In this document: one piece after another, positions 29,708 to 44,000 of the stretch
Numbering within the stretch: position 1 is the first letter of the stretch
Layout of the letters: every line of letters begins with the position of its first letter
Origin: the human T2T-CHM13v2.0 reference genome, Homo sapiens
Direction: 5' to 3' (one strand)
DNA length: 64,000 nucleotides
NCBI RefSeq assembly: GCF_009914755.1
Contig: NC_060925.1
Translations under genes and position numbers: made by a program
Notes under the pieces: model-generated
What the model saw: the letters and a program-made list of their open reading frames with translations, nothing else
Told to the model about the DNA's origin: nothing
Databases searched by the model: none

Positions 29708-31015
29708 ATGGAATCGTCATCGAATGAATTGAATGCAATCATCGAATGGTCTCGAATGGAATCATCATCTAATGGAAAGCAATGGAATCATCGCATAGAA
29801 TCGAATGGAATTATCATCGAATGGAATCGAATGGTATCAACACCAAACGGAAAAAAACGGAATTATCGAATGGAATCGAAGAGAATCTTCGAACGGACCC
29901 GAATGGAATCATCTAATGGAATGGAATGGAATAATCCATGGACTCGAATGCAATCATCATCGAATGGAATCGAATGGAATCATCGAATGGACTTGAATGG
30001 AATAATCATTGAACGGAATCGAATGGAATCATCATCGGATGGAAATGAATGGAATCATGATCGAATGGAATCGAATAGAATTATGGAATGAAATCCAGTG
30101 TGATCATCATCGAATGAACCCGAATGGAATCATCATCCAACGGAAGCTAATGGAATCAACATCGAATGAATCGAATGGAAACACCATCGAATTGAAACGA
30201 ATGGAATTATCTTGAAATTGTAATGGATGGACTCATCATCGAATGGATTCGAATGGAATCATCGAATAAAATTGATTGAAATCATCATCCAATGGAATCG
30301 AATGGTATCATTGAATGGAATCGAATGGAATCATCATCAGATGGAAATGAATGGAATCGTCATAGAATGGAATCGAATGGATTCATTGAATGGAATCAGA
30401 TGGAATCATCGAATGGACTGGAATGGAATCATTGAATGGACTCAAAAGGGATCATGATTGAATGGAATTGAATGGAATCATCGAATGGTCTCGATTGGAA
30501 TCATTATCAAATGGAATCGAATGGAATCACCGAATAGAATCGAATGGAACAATCATCGAATGGACTCAAATGGAATTATCCTCCAATGGAATCGAATGGA
30601 ATTATCGAATGCAATCGAATGGAATTATCGAATGCAATCGAATAGAATCATCGAATGGACTCGAATGGAATCATCGAATGGAATGGAATGGAACAGTCAA
30701 TGAACTCGAATGGAATCATCATTGAATGGAATCGAATGGAATCATCGAGTGGAATCGAATGGAATTATGATCAAATGGAATCGAATATAATCATCATCAA
30801 ATGGAATCAGAAATAACCATCATCAATTGGTATTGAATGGAATTCTCATCAAATGGAATTCAAAGGAATCATCATCAAATGGAACTGAATGGAATCCTCA
30901 TTGAATGGAAATGAAAGGGGTCATCATCTAATGGAATCGCATGGAATCATCATCAAATGGAATCGAATGGAATCATCATCAAATGGAATCTGATGGAATC
31001 ATTGAACAGAATTGA
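29708..31015 (+). repeat. 1308-bp unit with a single A/B hybrid subunit
   Basis: ORF 29708 starts with A markers (MVSTP, RIFER) and ends with the B tail (MESNRIME). The next unit starts 1308 bp later. Confidence 0.85.
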
Positions 31016-34000
31016 ATGGAATCGTCATCGAATGAATTGAATGCAATCATCGAATGGTCTCGAATGTAATCACATTCTAATGGAAAGGAATGGAATCATC
31101 GCATAGAATCGAATGGAATTAACATTGAATGGACTCGAATGGAATCAACATCAAACGGAATCAAGCGGAATTATCGAATGGAATCGAAGAGAATCATCGA
31201 ATGGTCTCGAATGGAATCATCTTCTAATGGAAAGGAATGGAATCATCGCATAGAATCGAATAGAATTAACATTGAATGGACTCGAATGGAATCAACATCA
31301 AATGGAATCAAGCGGATTTATCGAATGAAATCGAAGAGAATCATCGAATGGACTCGAATGGAATCATCTAATGGAATGGAATGGAATAATCCACGGACTC
31401 GAATGCAATCATCATCGTATAGAATCGAATGGAATCATCGAATGGACTCGAATGGAATAACCATTGAACGGAATCGAATGGAATCATCATCGGATGCAAA
31501 CGAATGGAATCATCATCGAATGGAAATGTAAGGAGTCATCATCTAATGGAATTGCATGGAATCATCATGAAATGGAATCGAATGGAATCATCATCAAATG
31601 GAATCTAATGGAATCATTGAACAGAATTGAATGGAATCGTCATCGAATGAATTGAATGCAATCATCGAATGGTCTCGAATGGAATCATCTTCTAATGGAA
31701 AGGAATGGAATCATCGCATAGAATCGAATGGAATTATCATCGAATGGAATCGAATGGTATCAACACCAAACGGAAAAAAACGGAATTATCGAATGGAATC
31801 GAAGAGAATCTTCGAACGGACCCGAATGGAATCATCTAATGGAATGGAATGGAATAATCCATGGACTCGAATGCAATCATCATCGAATGGAATCGAATGG
31901 AATCATCGAAAGGACTCGAATGGAATAATCATTGAACGGAATCGAATGGAATCATCATCGGATGGAAACGAATGGAATCATCATCGAATGGAAATGAAAG
32001 GAGTCATCATCTAATGGAATTGCATGGAATCATCATAAAATGGAATCGAATGGAATCAACATCAAATAGAATCAAATGGAATCATTGAACGGAATTGAAT
32101 GGAATCGTCATCGAATGAATTGACTGCAATCATCCAATGGTCTCGAATGGAATCATCTTCAAATGGAATGGAATGGAATCATCGCATAGAATCGAATGGA
32201 ATTATCATCGAATGGAATCGAATGGAATCAACATCCAACGGAAAAAAACGGAATTATCGACTGGAATCGAAGAGAATCATCGAATGGACCCGAATGGAAT
32301 CATCTAATGGAATGGAATGGAATAATCCATGGACTCGAATGCAATCATCATCGAATGGAATCGAATGGAATCATCGAATGGACTCGAATGGAATAATCAT
32401 TGAACGGAATCGAATGAAATCATCATCGGATGGAAATGAATGGAATCATCATCGAATGGAATCGAATAGAATTATGGAATGAAACCCAGTGTGATCATCA
32501 TCGAATGGACCCGAATGGAATCATCATCCAACGGAAGCTAATGGAATCAACATCGAATGAATCGAATGGAAACACCATCGAATTGAAACGAATGGAATTA
32601 TCATGAAATTGAAATGGATGGACTCATCATCGAATGGATTCGAATGGAATCATCGAATAAAATTGATTGAAATCATCATCCAATGGAATCGAATGGTATC
32701 ATTGAATGGAATCGAATGGAATCATCATCAGATGGAAATGAATGGAATCGTCATAGAATGGAATCGAATGGATTCATTGAATGGAATCAGATGGAATCAT
32801 CGAATGGACTGGAATGGAATCATTGAATGGACTCGAAAGGGATCATTATTGAATGGAATTGAATGGAATCATCGAATGGTCTCGATTCAATCATTATCAA
32901 ATGGAATCGAATGGAATCACCGAATAGAATCGAATGGAACAATCATCGAATGGACTCAAATGGAACTATCCTCCAATGGAATCGAATGGAATTATCGAAT
33001 GCAATCGAATGGAATTATCGAATGCAATCGAATAGAATCATCGAGTGGACTCGAATGGAATCATCGAATGGAATGGAATGGAACAGTCAATGAACTCGAA
33101 TGGAATCATCATTGAATGGAATCGAATGGAATCATCGAGTGGAATCGAATGGAATTATGATCAAATGGAATCGAATGTAATCATCATCAAATGGAATCAA
33201 AAATAACCATCATCAATTGGTATTGAATGGAATTGTCATCAAATGGAATTCAAAGGAATCATCATCAAATGGAACCGAATGGAATCCTCATTGAATGGAA
33301 ATGAAAGGGGTCATCATCTAATGGAATCGCAGGGAATCAACATCAAATGGAATCGAATGGAATCATCATCAAATGGAATCTAATGGAATCATTGAACAGA
33401 ATTGAATGGAATCGTCATCGAATGAATTGAATGCAATCTTCGAATGGTCTCGAATGGAATCATCTTCTAATGGAAAGGAATGGAATCATCGCATAGAATC
33501 GAATGGAATTATCATCGAATGGAATCGAATGGTATCAACACCAAACGGAAAAAAACGGAATTATCGAATGGAATCGAAGAGAATCTTCGAACGGACCCGA
33601 ATGGAATCATCTAATGAATGGAATGGAATAATCCATGGACTCGAATGCAATCATCATCGAATGGAATCGAATGGAATCATCGAATGGACTCGAATGGAAT
33701 AATCATTGAACGGAATCGATTGGAATCATCATCGGATGGAAACGAATGGAATCATCATCGAATGGAAATGAAAGGAGTCATCATCTAATGGAATTGCATG
33801 GAATCATCATAAAATGGAATCGAATGGAATCAACATCAAATGGAATCAAATGGAATCATTGAACGGAATTGAATGGAATCGTCATCGAATGAATTGACTG
33901 CAATCATCGAATGGTCTCGAATGGAATCATCTTCAAATGGAATGGAATGGAATCATCGCATAGAATCGAATGGAATTATCATCGAATGGAATCGAATGGA

Positions 34001-34565
34001 ATCAACATCAAACGGAAAAAAACGGAATTATCGAATGGAATCGAAGAGAATCATCGAATGGACCCGAATGGAATCATCTAATGGAATGGAATGGAATAAT
34101 CCATGGACTCGAATGCAATCATCATCGAATGGAATCGAATGGAATCATCGAATGGACTCGAATGGAATAATCATTGAACGGAATCGAATGGAATCATCAT
34201 CGGATGGAAATGAATGGAATCATCATCGAATGGAATCGAATAGAATTATGGAATGAAATCCAGTGTGATCATCATCGAATGGACCCGAATGGAATCATCA
34301 TCCAACGGAAGCTAATGGAATCAACATCGAATGAATCAAATGGAAACACCATCGAATTGAAACGAATGGAATTATCATGAAATTGAAATGGATGGACTCA
34401 TCATCGAATGGATTCGAATGGAATCATCGAATAAAATTGATTGAAATCATCATCGAATGGAATCGAATGGTATCATTGAATGGAATCGAATGGAATCATC
34501 ATCAGATGGAAATGAATGGAATCGTCATAGAATGGAATCGAATGGATTCATTGAATGGAATCAGA

Positions 34566-35045
34566 TGGAATCATCGAATGGACTGGAATGGAATCATTGA
34601 ATGGACTCGAAAGGGATCATGATTGAATGGAATTGAATGGAATCATCGAATGGTCTCGATTGGAATCATTATCAAATGGAATCGAATGGAATCACCGAAT
34701 AGAATCGAATGGAACAATCATCGAATGGACTCAAATGGAATTATCCTCCAATGGAATCGAATGGATTTATCAAATGCAATGGAATAGAATCATCGAATGG
34801 ACTGGAATGGAATCATTGAATGGACTCGAAAGGGATCATGATTGAATGGAATTGAATGGAATCATCGAATGGTCTCGATTGGAATCATTATCAAATGGAA
34901 TCGAATGGAATCACCGAATAGAATAGAATGGAACAATCATCGAATGGACTCAAATGGAATTATCCTCAAATGGAATCGAATGGAATTATCGAATGCAATC
35001 GAATGGAATTTTCGAATGCAATCGAATAGAATCATCGAATGGACT
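34566..35045 (+). repeat. 219-bp net tandem duplication inside a unit
   Basis: The once-per-unit landmark AAAGGGATCATG occurs twice, 219 bp apart (~34610 and ~34829). B anchor 33873 to the next unit at 35400 is 1308+219. Confidence 0.83.
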
Positions 35046-38000
35046 CGAATGGAATCATCGAATGGAATGGAATGGAACAGTCAATGAACTCGAATGGAAT
35101 CATCATTGAATGGAATCGAATGGAATCATCGAGTGGAATCGAATGGAATTATGATCAAATGGAATCGAATGTAATCATCATCAAATGGAATCAAAAATAA
35201 CCATCATCAATTGGTATTGAATGGAATTGTCATCAAATGGAATTCAAAGGAATCATCATCAAATGGAACCGAATGGAATCCTCATTGAATGGAAATGAAA
35301 GGGGTCATCATCTAATGGAATCGCATGGAATCATCATCAAATGGAATCGAATGGAATCATCATCAAATGGAATCTAATGGAATCATTGAACAGAATTGAA
35401 TGGAATGGTCATCGAATGAATTGAATGCAATCATCGAATGGTCTCGAATGGAATCATCTTCTAATGGAAAGGAATGGAATCATCGCATAGAATCGAATGG
35501 AATTATCATCGAATGGAATCGAATGGTATCAACACCAAACGGAAAAAAACGGAATTATCGAATGGAATCGAAGAGAATCTTCGAACGGACCCGAATGGAA
35601 TCATCTAATGGAATGGAATGGAATAATCCATGGACTCGAATGCAATCATCATCGAATGGAATCGAATGGAATCATCAAATGGACTCGAATGGAATAATCA
35701 TTGAACGGAATCGAATGGAATCATCATCGGATGGAAACGAATGGAATCATCATAGAATGGAAATGAAAGGAGTCATCATCTAATGGAATTGCATGGAATC
35801 ATCATAAAATGGAATCGAATGGAATCAACATCAAATGGAATCAAATGGAATCATTGAACGGAATTGAATGGAATCGTCATCGAATGAATTGACTGCAATC
35901 ATCGAATGGTCTCGAATGGAATCATCTTCAAATGGAATGGAATGGAATCATCGCATAGAATCGAATGGAATTATCATCGAATGGAATCGAATGGAATCAA
36001 CATCAAACGGAAAAAAACGGAATTATCGAATGGAATCGAAGAGAATCATCGAATGGACCCGAATGGAATCATCTAATGGAATGGAATGGAATAATCCATG
36101 GACTCGAATGCAATCATCATCGAATGGAATCGAATGGAATCATCGAATGGACTCGAATGGAATAATCATTGAACGGAATCGAATGGAATCATCATCGGAT
36201 GGAAATGAATGGAATCATCATCGAATGGAATCGAATAGAATTATGGAATGAAATCCAGTGTGATCATCATCGAATGGACCCGAATGGAATCATCATCCAA
36301 CGGAAGCTAATGGAATCAACATCGAATGAATCAAATGGAAACACCATCGAATTGAAACGAATGGAATTATCATGAAATTGAAATGGATGGACTCATCATC
36401 GAATGGATTCGAATGGAATCATCGAATAAAATTGATTGAAATCATCATCGAATGGAATCGAATGGTATCATTGAATGGAATCGAATGGAATCATCATCAG
36501 ATGGAAATGAATGGAATCGTCATAGAATGGAATCGAATGGATTCATTGAATGGAATCAGATGGAATCATCGAATGGACTGGAATGGAATCATTGAATGGA
36601 CTCGAAAGGGATCATTATTGAATGGAATTGAATGGAAGCATCGAATGGTCTCGATTGGAATCATTATCAAATGGAATCGAATGGAATCACCGAATAGAAT
36701 CGAATGGAACAATCATCGAATGGACTCAAATGGAATTATCCTCCAATGGAATCGAATGGAATTATCGAATGCAATCGAATGGAATTATCGAATGCAATCG
36801 AATGGAATTATCGAATGCAATCGAATAGAATCATCGAATGGACTCGAATGGAATCATCGAATGGAATGGAATGGAACAGTCAATGAACTCGAATGGAATC
36901 ATCATTGAATGGAATCGAATGGAATCATCGAGTGGAATCGAATGGAATTATGATCAAATGGAATCGAATGTAATCATCATCAAATGGAATTAAAAATAAC
37001 CATCATCAATTGGTATTGAATGGAATTGTCATCAAATGGAATTCAAAGGAATCATCATCAAATGGAACCGAATGGAATCCTCATTGAATGGAAATGAAAG
37101 GGGTCATCATCTAATGGAATCGCATGGAATCATCATCAAATGGAATCGAATGGAATCATCATCAAATGGAATCTAATGGAATCATTGAACAGAATTGAAT
37201 GGAATCGTCATCGAATGAATTGAATGCAATCATCGAATGGTCTCGAATGGAATCATCTTCTAATGGAAAGGAATGGAATCATCGCATAGAATCGAATGGA
37301 ATTAACATTGAATGGACTCGAATGGAATCAACATCAAATGGAATCAAGCGGAATTATCGAATGTAATCGAAGAGAATCATCGAATGGACTCGAATGGAAT
37401 CATCTAATGGAATGGAATGGAATAATCCACGGACTCGAATGCAATCATCATCGTATAGAATCGAATGGAATCATCGAATGGACTCGAATGGAATAACCAT
37501 TGAACGGAATCGAATGGAATCATCATCGGATGGAAACGAATGGAATCATCATCGAATGGAAATGAAAGGAGTCATCATCTAATGGAATTGCATGGAATCA
37601 TCATAAAATGGAATCGAATGGAATCAACATCAAATGGAATCAAATGGAATCATTGAACGGAATTGAATGGAATCGTCATCGAATGAATTGACTGCAATCA
37701 TCGAATGGTCTCGAATGGAATCATCTTCAAATGGAATGGAATGGAATCATCGCATAGAATCGAATGGAATTATCATCGAATGGAATCGAATGGAATCAAC
37801 ATCAAACGGAAAAAAACGGAATTATCAAATGGAATCGAAGAGAATCATCGAATGGACCCGAATGGAATCATCTAATGGAATGGAATGGAATAATCCATGG
37901 ACTCGAATGCAATCATCATCGAATGGAATCGAATGGAATCATCGAATGGACTCGAATGGAATAATCATTGAACGGAATCGAATGGAATCATCATCGGATG

Positions 38001-41000
38001 GAAACGAATGGAATCATCATCGAATGGAAATGAAAGGAGTCATCATCTAATGGAATTGCATGGAATCATCATAAAATGGAATCGAATGGAATCAACATCA
38101 AATGGAATCAAATGGAATCATTGAACGGAATTGAATGGAATCGTCATCGAATGAATTGAATGCAATCATCGAATGGTCTCGAATGGAATCATCTTCAAAT
38201 GGAATGGAATGGAATCATCGCATAGAATCGAATGGAATTATCATCGAATGGAATCGAATGGAATCAACATCAAACGGAAAAAAACGGAATTATCGAATGG
38301 AATCGAAGAGAATCATCGAATGGACCCGAATGGAATCATCTAATGGAATGGAATGGAATAATCCATGGACTCGAATGCAATCATCATCGAATGGAATCGA
38401 ATGGAATCATCGAATGTACTCGAATGGAATAATCATTGAACGGAATCGAATGGAATCATCATCGGATGGAAATGAATGGAATCATCATCGAATGGAATCG
38501 AATAGAATTATGGAATGAAATCCAGTGTGATCATCATCGAATGGACCCGAATGGAATCATCATCCAACGGAAGCTAATGGAATCAACATCGAATGAATCG
38601 AATGGAAACACCATCGAATTGAAACGAATGGAATTATCATGAAATTGAAATGGATGGACTCATCATCGAATGGATTCGAATGGAATCATCGAATAAAATT
38701 GATTGAAATCATCATCCAATGGAATCGAATGGTATCATTGAATGGAATCGAATGGAAACATCATCAGATGGAAATGAATGGAATCGTCATAGAATGGAAT
38801 TGAATGGATTCATTGAATGGAATCAGAAGGAATCATCGAATGGACTGGAATGGAATCATTGAATGGACTCGAAAGGGATCATGATTGAATGGAATTGAAT
38901 GGAATCATCGAAAGGTCTCGATTTGAATCATTATCAAATGGAATCGAATGGAATCACCGAATAGAATCGAATGGAACAATCATCGAATGGACTCAAATGG
39001 AATTATCCTCCAATGGAATCGAATGGAATTATCGAATGCAATCGAATGGAATTATCGAATGCAATCGAATAGAATCATCGAATGGACTCGAATGGAATCA
39101 TCGAATGGAATGGAATGGAACAGTCAATGAACTCGAATGGAATCATCATTGAATGGAATCGAATGGAATCATCGAGTGGAATCGAATGGAATTATGATCA
39201 AATGGAATCGAATGTAATCATCATCAAATGGAATCAAAAATAACCATCATCAATTGGTATTGAATGGAATTGTCATCAAATGGAATTCAAAGGAATCATC
39301 ATCAAATGGAACCGAATGGAATCCTCATTGAATGGAAATGAAAGGGGTCATCATCTAATGGAATCGAATGGAATCATCATCAAATGAAATCGAATGGAAT
39401 CATCATCAAATGGAATCTAAAGGAATCATTGAACAGAATTGAATGGAATCGTCATCGAATGAATTGAGTGCAATCATCGAATGGTCTCGAATGGAATCAT
39501 CTTCTAATGGAAAGGAATGGAATCATCGCATAGAATCGAATGGAATTATCATCGAATGGAATCGAATGGTATCAACACCAAACGGAAAAAAACGGAATTA
39601 TCGAATGGAATCGAAGAGAATCTTCGAACGGACCCGAATGGAATCATCTAATGGAATGGAATGGAATAATCCATGGACTCGAATGCAATCATCATCGAAT
39701 GGAAACGAATGGAATCATCGAATGGACTCGAATGGAATAATCATTGAACGGAATCGATTGGAATCATCATCGGATGGAAACAAATGGAATCATCATCGAA
39801 TGGAAATGAAAGGAGTCATCATCTAATGGAATTGCATGGAATCATCATAAAATGGAATCGAATGGAATCAACATCAAATGGAATCAAATGGAATCATTGA
39901 ACGGAATTGAATGGAATCTTCATCGAATGAATTGAATGCAATCATCGAATGGTCTCGAATGGAATCATCTTCAAATGGAATGGAATGGAATCATCGCATA
40001 GAATCGAATGGAATTATCATCGAATGGAATCGAATGGAATCAACATCAAACGGAAAAAAACGGAATTATCGAATGGAATCGAAGAGAATCATCGAATGGA
40101 CCCGAATGGAATCATCTAATGGAATGGAATGGAATAATCCATGGACTCGAATGCAATCATCATCGAATGGAATCGAATGGAATCATCGAATGGACTCGAA
40201 TGGAATAATCATTGAACGGAATCGAATGGAATCATCATCGGATGGAAATGAATGGAATCATCATCGAATGGAATCGAATAGAATTATGGAATGAAATCCA
40301 GTGTGATCATCATCGAATGGACCCGAATGGAATCATCATCCAACGGAAGCTAATGGAATCAACATCGAATGAATCGAATGGAAACACCATCGAATTGAAA
40401 CGAATGGAATTATCATGAAATTGAAATGGATGGACTCATCATCGAATGGATTCGAATGGAATCATCGAATAAAATTGATTGAAATCATCATCCAATGGAA
40501 TCGAATGGTATCATTGAATGGAATCGAATGGAATCATCATCAGATGGAAATGAATGGAATCGTCATAGAATGGAATCGAATGGATTCATTGAATGGAATC
40601 AGATGGAATCATCGAATGGACTGGAATGGAATCATTGAATGGACTCGAAAGGGATCATGATTGAATGGAATTGAATGGAATCATCGAATGGTCTCGATTG
40701 GAATCATTATCAAATGGAATCGAATGGAATCACCGAATAGAATCGAATGGAACAATCATCGAATGGACTCAAATGGAATTATCCTCCAATGGAATCGAAT
40801 GGAATTATCGAATGCAATCGAATGGAATTATCGAATGCAATCGAATAGAATCATCGAATGGACTCGAATGGAATCATCGAATGGAATGGAATGGAACAGT
40901 CAATGAACTCGAATGGAATCATCATTGAATGGAATCGAATGGAATCATCGAGTGGAATCGAATGGAATTATGATCAAATGGAATCGAATGTAATCATCAT

Positions 41001-44000
41001 CAAATGGAATCAAAAATAACCATCATCAATTGGTATTGAATGGAATTGTCATCAAATGGAATTCAAAGGAATCATCATCAAATGGAACCGAATGGAATCC
41101 TCATTGAATGGAAATGAAAGGGGTCATCATCTAATGGAATCGCATGGAATCATCATCAAATGGAATCGAATGGAATCATCATCAAATGGAATCTAATGGA
41201 ATCATTGAACAGAATTGAATGGAATCGTCATCGAATGAATTGAATGCAATCATCGAATGGTCTCGAATGGAATCATCTTCTAATGGAAAGGAATGGAATC
41301 ATCGCATAGAATCGAGTGGAATTATCATCGAATGGAATCGAATGGTATCAACACCAAACGGAAAAAAACGGAATTATCGAATGGAATCGAAGAGAATCTT
41401 CGAACGGACCCGAATGGAATCATCTAATGGAATGGAATGGAATAATCCATGGACTCGAATGCAATCATCATCGAATGGAATCGAATGGAATCATCGAATG
41501 GACTCGAATGGAATAATCATTGAACGGAATCGATTGGAATCATCATCGGATGGAAACGAATGGAATCATCATCGAATGGAAATGAAAGGAGTCATCATCT
41601 AATGGAATTGCATGGAATCATCATAAAATGGAATCGAATGGAATCAACATCAAATGGAATCAAATGGAATCATTGAACGGAATTGAATGGAATCGTCATC
41701 GAATGAATTGACTGCAATCATCCAATGGTCTCGAATGGAATCATCTTCAAATGGAATGGAATGGAATCATCGCATAGAATCGAATGGAATTATCATCGAA
41801 TGGAATCGAAAGGAATCAACATCCAACGGAAAAAAACGGAATTATCGAATGGAATCGAAGAGAATCATCGAATGGACCCGAATGGAATCATCTAATGGAA
41901 TGGAATGGAATAATCCATGGACTCGAATGCAATCATCATCGAATGGAATCGAATGGAATCATCGAATGGACTCGAATGGAATAATCATTGAACGGAATCG
42001 AATGGAATCATCATCGGATGGAAATGAATGGAATCATCATCGAATGGAATCGAATAGAATTATGGAATGAAATCCAGTGTGATCATCATCGAATGGACCC
42101 GAATGGAATCATCATCCAACGGAAGCTAATGGAATCAACATCGAATGAATCGAATGGAAACACCATCGAATTGAAACGAATGGAATTATCATGAAATTGA
42201 AATGGATGGACTCATCATCGAATGGATTCGAATGGAATCATCGAATAAAATTGATTGAAATCATCATCGAATGGAATCGAATGGTATCATTGAATGGAAT
42301 CGAATGGAATCATCATCAGATGGAAATGAATGGAATCGTCATAGAATGGAATCGAATGGATTCATTGAATGGAATCAGATGGAATCATCGAATGGTCTCG
42401 ATTGGAATCATTATCAAATGGAATCGAATGGAATCACCGAATAGAATCGAATGGAACAATCATCGAATGGACTCAAATGGAATTATCCTCAAATGGAATC
42501 GAATGGAATTATCAAATGCAATCGAAAGAATTATCGAATGCAATCGAATAGAATCATCGAATGGACTCGAATGGAATCATCGAATGGAATGGAATGGAAC
42601 AGTCAATGAACTCGAATGGAATCATCATTGAATGGAATCGAATGGAATCATCGAGTGGAATCGAATGGAATTATGATCAAATGGAATCGAATGTTATCAT
42701 CATCAAATGGAATCAAAAATAACCATCATCAATTGGTATTGAATGGAATTGTCATCAAATGGAATTCAAAGGAATCATCATCAAATGGAACCGAATGGAA
42801 TCCTCATTGAATGGAAATGAAAGGGGTCATCATCTAATGGAATCGCATGGAATCATCATCAAATGGAATCGAATGGAATCATCATCAAATGGAATCTAAT
42901 GGAATCATTGAACAGAATTGAATGGAATCGTCATCGAATGAATTGAATGCAATCATCGAATGGTCTCGAATGGAATCATCATCTAATGGAAAGGAATGGA
43001 ATCATCGCATAGAATCGAATGGAATTATCATCGAATGGAATCGAATGGTATCAACACCAAACGGAAAAAAACGGAATTATCGAATGGAATCGAAGAGAAT
43101 CTTCGAACGGACCCGAATGGAATCATCTAATGGAATGGAATGGAATAATCCATGGACTCGAATGCAATCGTCATCGAATGGAATCGAATGGAATCATCGA
43201 ATGGACTCGAATGGAATAATCATTGAACGGAATCGATTGGAATCATCATCGGATGGAAACGAATGGAATCATCATCGAATGGCAATGAAAGGAGTCATCA
43301 TCTAATGGAATTGCATGGAATCATCATAAAATGGAATCGAATGGAATCAACATCAAATGGAATCAAATGGAATCATTGAACGGAATTGAATGGAATCGTC
43401 ATCGAATGAATTGACTGCAATCATCCAATGGTCTCGAATGGAATCATCTTCAAATGGAATGGAATGGAATCATCGCATAGAATCGAATGGAATTATCATC
43501 GAATGGAATCGAATGGAATCAACATCAAACGGAAAAAAACGGAATTATCGAATGGAATCGAAGAGAATCATCGAATGGACCCGAATGGAATCATCTAATG
43601 GAATGGAATGGAATAATCCATGGACTCGAATGCAGTCATCATCGAATGGAATCGAATGGAATCATCGAATGGACTCGAATGGAATAATCATTGAACGGAA
43701 TAGAATGGAATCATCATCGGATGGAAATGAATGGAATCATCATCGAATGGAATCGAATAGAATTATGGAATGAAATCCAGTGTGATCATCATCGAATGGA
43801 CCCGAATGGAATCATCATCCAACGGAAGCTAATGGAATCAACATCGAATGAATCAAATGGAAACACCATCGAATTGAAACGAATGGAATTATCATGAAAT
43901 TGAAATGGATGGACTCATCATCGAATGGATTCGAATGGAATCATCGAATAAAATTGATTGAAATCATCATCGAATGGAATCGAATGGTATCATTGAATGG

